DNA of 28,089 nucleotides from Oligoflexus sp. (GCA_041736305.1 JBGSTX010000050.1:1-28089), one strand, 5' to 3'; shown: positions 8,390 to 17,981, numbered from the stretch's first letter. Translations and numbers: made by a program. Notes: generated from the sequence alone by a model not told the origin.

Positions 8390-9184
8390 ATGCCTTTTCT
8401 TACCCAAACTCAAGCCACCCTCTACTACGAAATCGCCGGGCAAGAAAACGATGGCCCATGGATCACCATGATCAACGGCCATACGCGCAGCAGCCGAGAT
8501 TTCAAAATCATTGCTAAGGCACTTAGTGCACAAGGATATCGCTGCCTAATTTTTGACAATCGGGGCTCCGGCCTCAGTAGCTACGAGGGGAAGCTTTCTT
8601 GGGATCAACTGCTAGGCGACGGGTTTGCTCTCTGGGAAGCCTGCAAGATCACCCAGACCCACCTGATCGGAATATCGATGGGGGGGATGATCTGCCAGGC
8701 CTTAGCTGCCAAGTATCCCGAACGCGTGAAGAGCCTACTTCTCATTTCGACCGCTGCCACCGTGGAGCATCTTCAGTCCTTGGATTTTGCTCCCTGGGGC
8801 AATACCCTAGAAAGCGTGCTCGCCCGCTATGCTCAGTACTTGACTCCTAGCTTTCTTGAGAGAAATCGCCCTCTCGTCAAAGCTATTGCCAAGCAGACCT
8901 TGGACGCGATCGAAAACCATGGGTTTCTTGAGAAGGCTCAGGCGCAGCATGATGCAATTCGCACGCTGGATAATCGAGATATTCTAGCTCAGATAAAAGC
9001 CCCAACTCTCATCATTCATGGTCTCGACGATGCGGTGATACCAGCGGCTGCGGGCCGGGAGTTGGCCGCTGCTATACCCGAGGCGCAGATCAAGCTCATT
9101 CCTGGGGCCGGCCACCTCCTTCTCGCAGAAAATGGTAAAGGTCTTGGGGAGGACATTCTGAACTGGGTCGGTCAATTTCCATAA
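8390..9184 (+). CDS. Alpha/beta fold hydrolase (enol-lactonase-like)
   Basis: AAGGAG SD; DNRGSGLS, GISMGG, PTLIIHGLDDAVIP, GAGH. Confidence 0.9.
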   Translation: MPFLTQTQATLYYEIAGQENDGPWITMINGHTRSSRDFKIIAKALSAQGYRCLIFDNRGSGLSSYEGKLSWDQLLGDGFALWEACKITQTHLIGISMGGMICQALAAKYPERVKSLLLISTAATVEHLQSLDFAPWGNTLESVLARYAQYLTPSFLERNRPLVKAIAKQTLDAIENHGFLEKAQAQHDAIRTLDNRDILAQIKAPTLIIHGLDDAVIPAAAGRELAAAIPEAQIKLIPGAGHLLLAENGKGLGEDILNWVGQFP

Positions 9185-9217
9185 AAAAAACCTGCTGGAG
9201 CTATTGCTCCAACAGGT
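9183..9217 (-). terminator. Rho-independent terminator of 9239..10231
   Basis: Minus strand reads ACCTGTTGGAGC-AATA-GCTCCAGCAGGT followed by a T-run; 12 bp stem with one G-U pair. Confidence 0.85.
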
Positions 9218-9238
9218 ACTGATTAATGGGGGGTGATA

Positions 9239-10231
9239 TTACAGACCAGCGGCAGCGTTAGCCGCTCTTTCGTTCGCAAGCGCTCGTCTGAGATCAGCGT
9301 TTTCACGAGCTAGCTGCTGTCTTGCCGCTTCTGCGACTGCTAATTTACGCTCAGCTTCTTTATGTGCAGCAAGGGCTTTATCGCGCTCAGCTGCCAGGCG
9401 GTTTACCTGCATCTGGAGTTCGTCAACTTCCGCTCTCGCGGATCCTAGTTGGCCATTTACCTGATCTAGTCGCTCAGCTGCTTCAGCCGAATTCAACTTG
9501 AGATCTTCATAGCGGCCCTGGAGCTCAGCAAGTTGTTGCTTCAGGATGACGATGCGATCTTGGGCATCGACTAAGTCGCTTTGCAGGCGGCTATTGAGTG
9601 CGAGCAGGCTCTGGCTAATTTCGCCGAGTTTAGAGTTGGAATCTTTAGTTTCCTGCAGCGACTTCAAGGTCTTTACATGCTGGGTCCTTGAAGTATTAAG
9701 AACTGTCAGAGTAGTGTTATAGGTGACTTGAAAAGTATTGATTTTATCGACGATAGCCTGGGCACTTCTTTCCTCTTCCTTACGAGCCGCATCGACTTCA
9801 ACTCGGATTTCGTCAATTTTCTGAACAAGCTGATCTTCGGCAACATCACCTTGGTCGATTTGCGATTGTAAGCTCGACTGCTCGTTAGGATTCGTCGATG
9901 CGGCTAGTTGCGCCCGCAGGACCCCCAGCTCCTTGGCGAGGTTAGCTTTATTTTTGAGCTCAGCATCTAGATCAGGGAGCAAGGTGGAATCGGTCAAAGC
10001 CTTTTGCTCGTCGAGCGCATCTATCATGATCTCTATTTTACTAGCGTCGATATTGGTAGCAGCCAAGTCCGCAGCAGCTTTCTCTATATCGCCACGCATT
10101 TTGGTAACTTCACCGGCAAGCTCTTCATTCATAGAGAATTTCTGCAAAACAACATCGGAGGAAGGCTTAACTTGCGATCCGCATGCTGCATGAAAAACTG
10201 TGCTTAGTAAAATCAAATGTGTAAACTTCAT
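9239..10231 (-). CDS. Putative lipoprotein, almost entirely coiled coil
   Basis: ATG 10231 with GAGGGG SD; MKFTHLILLSTVFHAA-C lipobox-like signal; about 300 aa rich in E/Q/L/A/K heptads with few Pro/Gly. Confidence 0.75.
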   Translation of the reverse strand: MKFTHLILLSTVFHAACGSQVKPSSDVVLQKFSMNEELAGEVTKMRGDIEKAAADLAATNIDASKIEIMIDALDEQKALTDSTLLPDLDAELKNKANLAKELGVLRAQLAASTNPNEQSSLQSQIDQGDVAEDQLVQKIDEIRVEVDAARKEEERSAQAIVDKINTFQVTYNTTLTVLNTSRTQHVKTLKSLQETKDSNSKLGEISQSLLALNSRLQSDLVDAQDRIVILKQQLAELQGRYEDLKLNSAEAAERLDQVNGQLGSARAEVDELQMQVNRLAAERDKALAAHKEAERKLAVAEAARQQLARENADLRRALANERAANAAAGL

Positions 10232-10285
10232 GATTCCCCTCATCCCTCTATTAACTCAGCTTAGACCTGTATTTGCTGAGTACTT

Positions 10286-10302
10286 TGCAAGGACCAAGCC
10301 GG
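10286..10302 (-). promoter_or_regulatory. Putative sigma54 promoter
   Basis: Minus strand CCGGCTTGGTCCTTGCA = GG-N10-GC with TTGCA at -12; about 55 bp upstream of the start, with an AT-rich tract further upstream. Confidence 0.55.
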
Positions 10303-10534
10303 ATTGGGGATTTAGCCAGGAATGATATTATTATCTATATTAACTAAATGTTAGATCGATGAACCTGAAGAGCACTTCGTCGCTGAACTGTCCAAAAACT
10401 TAGTATTTGTATACAGACTTACCTTATGACGATAGTAAGAAAAGTAATTTTTCGCCGAATATCTGAGGTCTACCTAAACATGCCTTTAAGTAAAGCAGCG
10501 CTTTGAATTTGGACAGTAAAAGAAAGGCTAAATT

Positions 10535-11380
10535 CTAGAAGGACTTATGGAAGACGACCGAATAGTGATCATTGATTAGCTCACCGAATTCCCAGCCGAA
10601 TGATAGGTCTATTGCATCCCATCGAGCCAGTGGCAATACACCTGGCAGTTCGCTTCGCTTGTTCTTGGTGGCTGCGTCCGGAGGAAAATAGCCTGCTTCA
10701 TAGACGCTGGCCCCGTAGACGAGAAGGGTTCCTGCCAAAGAAAGAAAGGCAGAAGTCTGGCTCTGCTTAATGAATTTAAGACTCTCTTTCTCATAGTCTA
10801 AAAAGGTGGGACTATTCTGGTCTCCGGTGCTAGCGGCTCTCTGAGCGACTTTATCGAGCGATGCTACCTCTTGGTTCGCGTCGCTCAAATTCTTAAAGAA
10901 ACTAAAAATTCCTGCTACCTGTATGACACCCACTGTAGATCCAAGAAAAATTTTATCTTGAAGGACTTGGTTTACTCCAAACGGCAGGTAAGTGGTCAAT
11001 TCAGAGAAACTTGTCGGACCACTATCAGCAGATAAGGTCTTTTTAACTTTAGAGAACAATCGCTTTGCGTCCTTGTTCCTAACAAAACTCGGTAGCAGTG
11101 CTTCTTGGTCAGATTTAAAGGCTCTGCTAAAGTATTGCTTAGCTTGAGATTTTCTTCCTATCTCTATATAGGCTGCTCCGGCAATAACGTAGGCCCTGGC
11201 CTGTTCTGTATCTGTAGATACTTTAGCCACCTTAGCTGCAATTTCTATAGCCTTTTTATAATTCTCAGTCCGATAAGCTTTTACCGCTTGCTCGTAGGTC
11301 AAGGCTATAGCCACCTCAGATCTCAAGCAAAAGCCTGAAACAATAAAGATAACAATGGCTGTCTTGAACAAGCTCAGCAT
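10535..11380 (-). CDS. Exported/membrane TPR-like hypothetical protein
   Basis: Signal-like N-terminus; TPR-like helices (YEQAVKAY..ENYKKA, AYVIAGAAY..IG....AKQYF..A); two hydrophobic segments in the C-terminal half. Confidence 0.65.
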   Translation of the reverse strand: MLSLFKTAIVIFIVSGFCLRSEVAIALTYEQAVKAYRTENYKKAIEIAAKVAKVSTDTEQARAYVIAGAAYIEIGRKSQAKQYFSRAFKSDQEALLPSFVRNKDAKRLFSKVKKTLSADSGPTSFSELTTYLPFGVNQVLQDKIFLGSTVGVIQVAGIFSFFKNLSDANQEVASLDKVAQRAASTGDQNSPTFLDYEKESLKFIKQSQTSAFLSLAGTLLVYGASVYEAGYFPPDAATKNKRSELPGVLPLARWDAIDLSFGWEFGELINDHYSVVFHKSF

Positions 11381-11460
11381 GGGCGCCTTTCGCCTTGAGG
11401 ACGTTCTCTATCTATTCTAAATTTTTGTGGGTGTTTGTAGGAGATGAAGGAAATGCCTAA

Positions 11461-11480
11461 AGCTGAAAAAGCCTTCAGCT
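11461..11480 (-). terminator. Possible terminator hairpin at the end of the flagellar operon
   Basis: AGCTGAA-N6-TTCAGCT, 11 bp after the stop at 11492; weak U-tract. Confidence 0.4.
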
Positions 11481-11491
11481 CGTTGGATCTC

Positions 11492-12088
11492 TCAGGTCAT
11501 GGAGGCGATAAGCTGGATATCAGATTCGGGCATCCCCAGCTCAGAGGCTACCTGCGAAGGTTTGAGGCCCTTCGAAAGTAAAAAGCGAGCATCGCTGTAC
11601 TTTTTGTCTTCAATTTCGGCAAGAACTTCTTCGTAGGGTATGCGTTTATCAAAAAATCGGCTGAGCTTCTCGGCCCGAGCCACGGATTTTTGAAGAATTT
11701 GGCGCTCTTCCTGGCTTTTCTGAACTAGGGCACTGAGTCGGGTGCGATGCTTTGCTATCAAGTCTAAGGGGGCCTCAAGCTGCTGCCGCGCCTCAGCTAA
11801 GGCGACTTCAACTTCTTTGGAGACGAAACTTGAACCCGACTTCAGCTCCATCTCTGCCTCAGTGGCAATGACGGTGACCCGTTCGTAAAGCTGCTTCATC
11901 TCGGTCTGTTTTTGGTCCATCTCGTCGTTTATCGCGATCCGCAGCTCTTTAAGAAGCCTATGCTCATGATCAATTTCGCGCAAGACACCCATTACATCGG
12001 GACTTTGGCGCCGACGCAAGGCAATGGAAACGAGACCGATAAGGACCAGGTCTATGGCTATGAGCGCGATTAAAAAGAGATTGTTCAT
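11492..12088 (-). CDS. Membrane-anchored coiled-coil protein with DUF2802-like C-terminal helical domain
   Basis: N-terminal TM, coiled coil, C-terminal YSDARFLLSKG...VASELGMPESDIQLI; last gene of the flagellar operon. Confidence 0.65.
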   Translation of the reverse strand: MNNLFLIALIAIDLVLIGLVSIALRRRQSPDVMGVLREIDHEHRLLKELRIAINDEMDQKQTEMKQLYERVTVIATEAEMELKSGSSFVSKEVEVALAEARQQLEAPLDLIAKHRTRLSALVQKSQEERQILQKSVARAEKLSRFFDKRIPYEEVLAEIEDKKYSDARFLLSKGLKPSQVASELGMPESDIQLIASMT

Positions 12089-12097
12089 GAAAGAGCC

Positions 12098-12523
12098 TCA
12101 GCCTTCTTGTAGAAACGCCTTGAGAACCTGCTCGTCAACCTCGTCCATATTTACGGTGCGAGCCAGTACGATTTTCTTTTTGCCGCGCTTTCCGACTTCT
12201 TCGGTCGACACGACCTTGGCCAGGATCTTAAAATTTCCTGGAGTATCGATGCGACTGTAGTCGACGAAGCGTTGCTTGCGCTCCCAATAATCCGGAATAT
12301 TGATATGGATCTTGAGGAGCTGCCCTTCCTCATAGGCTTCGCTCGCACGAAACTGGATACCGTAGGGGCTGATATGCACCGTCTGAGCCTCGTCTTGATT
12401 GAGTTCAGGACTAAGACCGTAACGGGCAACAGCTAAGGAAAGCCGGCGATTCGAACGCGGGTACTTTTTCACAAGATCTTCGTTGAAAGAAGGATTCGAG
12501 TTTTCTTCCGGTTCTACACTCAT
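12098..12523 (-). CDS. PilZ-like domain protein
   Basis: RxxxR (RSNRR) and a variant DxSxxG (HISPYG), followed by a PilZ-like beta pattern (YEEGQLLKIHI, AKVV). Confidence 0.6.
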   Translation of the reverse strand: MSVEPEENSNPSFNEDLVKKYPRSNRRLSLAVARYGLSPELNQDEAQTVHISPYGIQFRASEAYEEGQLLKIHINIPDYWERKQRFVDYSRIDTPGNFKILAKVVSTEEVGKRGKKKIVLARTVNMDEVDEQVLKAFLQEG

Positions 12524-12561
12524 ACTGCCACCTTTCAGCGGGTAAAGAGACGCTTGCGAAG

Positions 12562-12975
12562 TTATTTTGCAGCGTTCTGTTTTTTGACCATCTGATCTAT
12601 TTTATCCAACTTGTCTTTCAAAGCCTGGCCCGTAAAAGGCTTGACGATGTAATTGCTAACCCCAGCTTTGACGGCTTCGATTATGTTTTCTTTTTCAGCT
12701 TCAGCCGTCACCATCAGGAAAGGGAGATGCTTGAACTTGGGGTCGGCTCGTACCGTTTTCAAAAACTCAAGACCCGTCATGTTCGGCATATTCCAGTCAG
12801 AAACGATCATTTCAAAGTCACCGTGGTTTTGCACCAGGCGATAGGCTTCCTGGCCATCTTCAGCTTCTGTAAAATTGTTGAAGCCGTTTTGCTTCAAAAG
12901 AGTCTTGACGATGCGGCGCATGGTTGGAAAGTCATCTACTACGAGAATCTTCAGATCGGGCTTCATGATGGTCAT
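12562..12975 (-). CDS. cheY: Chemotaxis response regulator CheY
   Basis: [39 protein letters not shown]. Confidence 0.95.
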   Translation of the reverse strand: MTIMKPDLKILVVDDFPTMRRIVKTLLKQNGFNNFTEAEDGQEAYRLVQNHGDFEMIVSDWNMPNMTGLEFLKTVRADPKFKHLPFLMVTAEAEKENIIEAVKAGVSNYIVKPFTGQALKDKLDKIDQMVKKQNAAK

Positions 12976-12994
12976 AGCGTACTCCTGGGCGTTC

Positions 12995-13753
12995 TTAGTC
13001 TGAAAGAAGTGGCTTAAGCTTCGAGCGTAATTTTTCGACGGCCTGCGTATGTAGCTGGCTCACCCTTGATTCAGTAACTTCGAGGATCTTACCAATTTCC
13101 TTAAGGTTGAGATCTTCGTAGTAGTAGAGCGATAGGACAAGCTTTTGCTTTTCAGGGAGTTCTTCTATGTGTTTGACCAGAAGATCCCGAACGCCTTTGC
13201 TTTTCAGCTGCGTGAAAGGATTTTTAGAGTTGACGTTTTCCAGACTCTCGAGCAAGCTCTTGCGATCCTGCTGATTAGGTCCCGAAAGTTCATCGATCGA
13301 AAGCAGCGTGACTGCCTTAACCTTGGCAATCATATCGTAGTATTCTTCGAGCTCGATACCGAGGGCGGATGATACCTCCTCATCGGAAACAGCTCGACCT
13401 AGCTTCTGCTCCAGCTCAGCATAGGTTTTTTCGATTTTCTTGGCTTTATCGCGGACTGAGCGAGGCACCCAATCCTGCGATCGAAGTTCATCGAGGATGG
13501 CTCCCCTGATTCTGAACTCCGCATAGGTTTTGAATTTGTTATCCCGCGAAGGATCGTACTTCTCGATCGCATCCATGAGACCGATAACACCAGCGCTGAT
13601 GAGGTCGTCGATGTCGATGTTCGAAGGAAGACGCGCAGCGATTCGCTGAGCCACAAAGCGGATCAAGGGAGCATAGTCCATGATCAGCTGATCTCGCAGC
13701 TTCCCATCGACTCCCTTAGTGTCCTGCTTATAGCGTTTGACCAGCCCTTTCAT
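12995..13753 (-). CDS. fliA: RNA polymerase sigma factor FliA (sigma28)
   Basis: [44 protein letters not shown]. Confidence 0.97.
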   Translation of the reverse strand: MKGLVKRYKQDTKGVDGKLRDQLIMDYAPLIRFVAQRIAARLPSNIDIDDLISAGVIGLMDAIEKYDPSRDNKFKTYAEFRIRGAILDELRSQDWVPRSVRDKAKKIEKTYAELEQKLGRAVSDEEVSSALGIELEEYYDMIAKVKAVTLLSIDELSGPNQQDRKSLLESLENVNSKNPFTQLKSKGVRDLLVKHIEELPEKQKLVLSLYYYEDLNLKEIGKILEVTESRVSQLHTQAVEKLRSKLKPLLSD

Positions 13754-13780
13754 CGAAATATCTCCCTTCCTGAGTGCAAT

Positions 13781-14635
13781 TTAGAGGATACTGACGGATT
13801 GCAGGGCGGCTTTTGGAAACATGAGATTTTGAAAGCCTCGACGGCCCGCCTGCTGCGATCTCTTCTGCAACTGCTCGAGTATCCGCCTGGTAATTTCGTT
13901 CCAGGCTTGACCCGAGCGCGTATGGGCAATGTGATCTCCAGCAGCTCTCTGTGCCATGACTGATCTCTCGAGGAGATCATCTCGTGGCACGGTTCCTCCA
14001 AGCATGACTTCACTGTAAGAATTTCTCTTGGCTACGTCGGCGAAATTTTGGAATATCTTGAGCCCCTGGCCTTCATTCAGAACTTTATTGATCACCATAT
14101 AGAAGTTCTTAGCCCCGTGAGTCTCGCACATTATCTTAATGAAAGCGTAGGCGTCGGTAAGGGCATGGGGTTCGGGAGTCGTCACAACGACTACCGCGTC
14201 GGCTATCGAATTGAGATGAATCACGTTCGTGGAAATACCGGCTCCCGTATCGACTATGAGCAAATCATAGTTTCGCGCAACTTCGTCAATTTTTTCGAGC
14301 AGGTTGATGCGTTGAGCAAGGCTCAGTTCGGCCAGTCCGGAAATGCCTGAACCACCGGGAATGATATGGATTCCACGGGGGCCCTCGAGGACCACTTCCT
14401 TCATGCTGACTCTTTCGTTTAATGCATCACTTATATTGTACCGGGCGCTGAGCCCAAGGACAATGTTCACATTCGAAAGCCCGAGATCACCGTCAAGAAT
14501 GAGGGTTTTGTAACCCATCGCCTGGGCATTCATAGCCATGTTCACAGCCGTAATCGTTTTTCCTACCCCACCCTTGCCGCTCGCTACGCTGATCACTGAG
14601 GGACTTTTCGGACTTTGAATCATAGATCTTTGCAT
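13781..14635 (-). CDS. flhG: MinD-like flagellar number regulator FlhG/FleN
   Basis: Deviant Walker A SGKGGVGKT, DGDLGLSN, VDTGAGI, TPEPHALTDAYA; lies between flhF and fliA. Confidence 0.93.
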   Translation of the reverse strand: MQRSMIQSPKSPSVISVASGKGGVGKTITAVNMAMNAQAMGYKTLILDGDLGLSNVNIVLGLSARYNISDALNERVSMKEVVLEGPRGIHIIPGGSGISGLAELSLAQRINLLEKIDEVARNYDLLIVDTGAGISTNVIHLNSIADAVVVVTTPEPHALTDAYAFIKIMCETHGAKNFYMVINKVLNEGQGLKIFQNFADVAKRNSYSEVMLGGTVPRDDLLERSVMAQRAAGDHIAHTRSGQAWNEITRRILEQLQKRSQQAGRRGFQNLMFPKAALQSVSIL

Positions 14636-14641
14636 TCCTTC

Positions 14642-15826
14642 TTAAAGACCAAAAATTCTCTCGACCACTCGCTCGCGACTCGCTTTTTCCAAATCTTCAG
14701 GGACAGAGCGTCCTACCCCAAAGTAGCTCAAGGGTAAGCCCCAGCGCAGACAGAGATTAAATATTTCGCCGAAACTCCACGACTCATCCAATCGATTGAA
14801 GATGAGACTCTGAATGCCCAGCGGAGAAAAGCCCCGGATCATCCGGTCCATTTGGCTTTCTTTTTCGGTAATTGAAAGAGCTAGGTGGAAGCGGATGGGG
14901 AGATCCATGTCTTTAATACTGAGAAGATCGCCCAAATCATCTTTAATCCTGGGGCATTCGGCAGTGGTATCGACCAGGCAAAGATCCCAATCCTGTGATC
15001 TTTCGCCCAAACTGGCTATCTGACTCGCGTCGTCTATCGACTCATAGCGGATATTTAATACCTTAGCTAGAATCCGCATCTGTTCTCGTGCCGCCAGACG
15101 ACGATTATCGTAGGAGAGCAGGAGGAGTCGATTGCCGTATTTTTGCTGGTAGTGAGCGGCTATCTTAGCCACCGATGAGGTCTTACCGCTGCCGGACGGA
15201 CCCACGACGACGTGGATCGAACGTTCACCAGCTTCTGGACTCCATGAGGCGCTAATCTTCAGCCGTTTCATCATCCAGCGGATGGCCTGGGCTTGATAGT
15301 ATTCATGGTGCTGATCAGGATTTTCTCCTTCAGGAGGCGGCAGGCCTTTAAGGTACTCGCCTAAGCGGTTCAGCTCCGCCTCATCCACTCCCATGAGCTG
15401 GAGTCGCTGAAAGATCTTCCGCATAGCAGCCGGTGCATCACCGAGGAAACTACCTTTCCGCTTTACATATTCATCGAAGACGAAGGTTCGCAGTTCCTGA
15501 AGACCTGCATCGATCCTGAACAGATCGTTCTTTTTCGCCAGATCTTCGCCTAAGGTTTTGATGCTTCGCTCAATACCGCGAAAGTAGTCGACCATTTCGA
15601 TCAAATTATCTTTGATGCCACTATTATCATGGCCCCTATCACGCGTCGCTCCCGACTTGCTGGTGGCTTCGTTGTTGGCGGCTGCGGTCACTTCGTAGAT
15701 CTTGCCCTTCGAACCCTCGAGGCGCTTTTCACGAGTGTTGAGTATGACAGCATCCTGGCCGAAATGATTTTTGACCGCTTTCAATGCATCGCGCATCGTG
15801 AATGCTTCGAAGGTCTTCATTTCCAT
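14642..15826 (-). CDS. flhF: Flagellar SRP-type GTPase FlhF (atypical G motifs)
   Basis: N-terminal KTFEA..M..AL..VK..FG.DAVIL, GPSGSGKT, VPEDL; position after flhA. Confidence 0.92.
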   Translation of the reverse strand: MEMKTFEAFTMRDALKAVKNHFGQDAVILNTREKRLEGSKGKIYEVTAAANNEATSKSGATRDRGHDNSGIKDNLIEMVDYFRGIERSIKTLGEDLAKKNDLFRIDAGLQELRTFVFDEYVKRKGSFLGDAPAAMRKIFQRLQLMGVDEAELNRLGEYLKGLPPPEGENPDQHHEYYQAQAIRWMMKRLKISASWSPEAGERSIHVVVGPSGSGKTSSVAKIAAHYQQKYGNRLLLLSYDNRRLAAREQMRILAKVLNIRYESIDDASQIASLGERSQDWDLCLVDTTAECPRIKDDLGDLLSIKDMDLPIRFHLALSITEKESQMDRMIRGFSPLGIQSLIFNRLDESWSFGEIFNLCLRWGLPLSYFGVGRSVPEDLEKASRERVVERIFGL

Positions 15827-15869
15827 TTATATGCTCCTGTCAAACTCTGTACCGATTGACGCCTAGGCC

Positions 15870-17981
15870 TTAGAGAGAAACTATTCCAATGGACTTGGTC
15901 TGGATACCAGCCGGTATTTCATCAAAAGCCAGGACGACTACCCCCGGTATGAAACGATTTACCAGCTGGCGTATATCCCAACGAATGAGCGATCCACAGA
16001 GTATGATGGGTTGCGTACCAGTCGATTGGAAAGTTTCGAGAGCTTCCGCTATGCGATTGAGTATGCGCTGAGCGATTTCGGGCTCAAGCTGCAGAGAGGT
16101 TGAACCGTCCTCCCGGTGCTGTAAACCGGCCACTATAAGGTCTTCGACCGCCCTATCGAGGGTGATCACAACCAAGCGATCGTCTGGCGACAGGTACTTT
16201 CTCATGATACCACGACCCAGCGCTTTACGTACATAACGGGTCAGGAGATCCGGGTTCTTGATCGAGCGGCAATGATCGGCTAAGGTCTCGAAAATAGAGC
16301 GAAGGTCACGGATGCTTACCCTCTCAATCAGTAGATTCTGTAGCACCTTCACGACCTCACCTAGGCTGAGTCGGTCACCCGCGATCACTTCTTCTACAAC
16401 CTTAGGCGCTTCTTCTTTCAATCCTTCAATGAGGTTTTGAGCTTCCTGGCGACCGAGGAGTTCAGCTGCATGTTCCTCAATGAGCTTGGTCAGGTGAGTA
16501 ACCACGACTGTAGCGCAGTTAACGACAGTATAACCGCGGAAGCTAGCTTCCTCTCTTTGGCTTGATCTGATCCAGATCGCATCGAGCCCATAGGCAGGTT
16601 CTTTGCCCGGGATGCCAGGAATAGGTTCGACGATATCGCCGGGATCCATAGCTAGATAGTAATCTGCCATGAGACTGCCTTTGCCGATAGCATTGCCCTT
16701 CAAGAGGATCTGGTAGTCGCCTGGCTTCAGCTGAATGTTGTCTTTGACCATGACCATAGGCACCACGATACCCATTTCCTGGGCAAACTGCTTGCGAGCA
16801 GAAACTATGCGTTCCAGGACTTCCCCGTCCTGCTGTGCATCGACCAGAGGAATGAGCCCCACTCCGACTTCAAGTGATAGTGTTTCTATATGGAGGAGAG
16901 ATTCAACGGCATCTTTTTTAGTGTTTTCTTGCTGTCCGGCTTCTTGCTCTTTGACAGCAGCAGCTTCCTTCTTTTCAACCAGATTGCGAGCCGCATATCT
17001 GCCAAGGAAAAACAGCACTACAGATAAAAGCCCAAAGGGCACAAGCGGAAGACCCGGAACGATAGCCATCATCCCCAAAAGGACCGCACACATATAAAGA
17101 GCACGTGGATTATTAAAAAGCTGGTTATTCATGGTCTGACTGAGACCCTCGTCAATCGCTCCGGCCCGAGTAACGACGATACCAGCAGCGGTCGAAATGA
17201 TCAGGGCCGGAATCTGGGAAACAAGTCCGTCACCGACCGTCAAGAGAGTGTAGAGCTGAGCCGATTCCGCAAAGCTCATTCCATGCGTCATAACACCAAG
17301 AATCAGGCCAACGATGATGTTGATCGCTGTGATAATGATACCGGCAATTGCATCCCCACGGACAAATTTAGACGCACCGTCCATGGCCCCGAAAAAGTCA
17401 GCTGACTGCTCAACTTTTTGCCGTCTCTCCCTCGCCTCTTTGCGATCAATCAAACCGGCGTTCAGTTCGGCGTCTATGGCCATTTGCTTGCCCGGCATCG
17501 CGTCCAAGGTGAAGCGCGCTCCTACTTCCGCAACGCGCCCAGCACCTTTGGTGATTACGATGAAATTGATAACGACCAGAATGGCAAAGAGAACGAAACC
17601 GACAAAGTAGTTGCCACCAATAACGAAATCACCGAACGAGGTAATGACTGCACTGACGTGACCGGTATGGGCGTGCAGAAGAATGGCCCGTGTGGTGGCT
17701 ACGTTCAGAGCAAGACGAAAGAGAGTGGTGATGAGAAGAAGGGTTGGAAAAGTCGAAAATTCCAGGGGCTCTCTCACATAGACTGCTACCATGAGAATCA
17801 CGAGCGAGGAAGCCACTGAGGTGGCAAGCAGCATGTCGAGCATCCAGCTCGGCATGGGCAGGATCATCGTGAAGATGATCGCAACCAAAGCCAATGCGAA
17901 TTGAATATCGGGCGACTGCATGATCGTCACCCAGGCTGGCTTCGCCTTATCTCGGCTCTTCGCTGCCACCGTACTTGCCAT
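15870..17981 (-). CDS. flhA: Flagellar export gate protein FlhA
   Basis: RVAEVGARFTLDAMPGKQMAIDA, FFGAMDGASKFVRGDAIAG, GDGLVSQIPAL. Confidence 0.98.
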   Translation of the reverse strand: MASTVAAKSRDKAKPAWVTIMQSPDIQFALALVAIIFTMILPMPSWMLDMLLATSVASSLVILMVAVYVREPLEFSTFPTLLLITTLFRLALNVATTRAILLHAHTGHVSAVITSFGDFVIGGNYFVGFVLFAILVVINFIVITKGAGRVAEVGARFTLDAMPGKQMAIDAELNAGLIDRKEARERRQKVEQSADFFGAMDGASKFVRGDAIAGIIITAINIIVGLILGVMTHGMSFAESAQLYTLLTVGDGLVSQIPALIISTAAGIVVTRAGAIDEGLSQTMNNQLFNNPRALYMCAVLLGMMAIVPGLPLVPFGLLSVVLFFLGRYAARNLVEKKEAAAVKEQEAGQQENTKKDAVESLLHIETLSLEVGVGLIPLVDAQQDGEVLERIVSARKQFAQEMGIVVPMVMVKDNIQLKPGDYQILLKGNAIGKGSLMADYYLAMDPGDIVEPIPGIPGKEPAYGLDAIWIRSSQREEASFRGYTVVNCATVVVTHLTKLIEEHAAELLGRQEAQNLIEGLKEEAPKVVEEVIAGDRLSLGEVVKVLQNLLIERVSIRDLRSIFETLADHCRSIKNPDLLTRYVRKALGRGIMRKYLSPDDRLVVITLDRAVEDLIVAGLQHREDGSTSLQLEPEIAQRILNRIAEALETFQSTGTQPIILCGSLIRWDIRQLVNRFIPGVVVLAFDEIPAGIQTKSIGIVSL

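Noticed and set aside
10244-10534. c-di-GMP riboswitch or sRNA in the long intergenic region
   Set aside because: No GEMM-type GGCAAA/GAAA/GACGCAAAGC pattern or extended structure was visible; an Rfam scan would be decisive.
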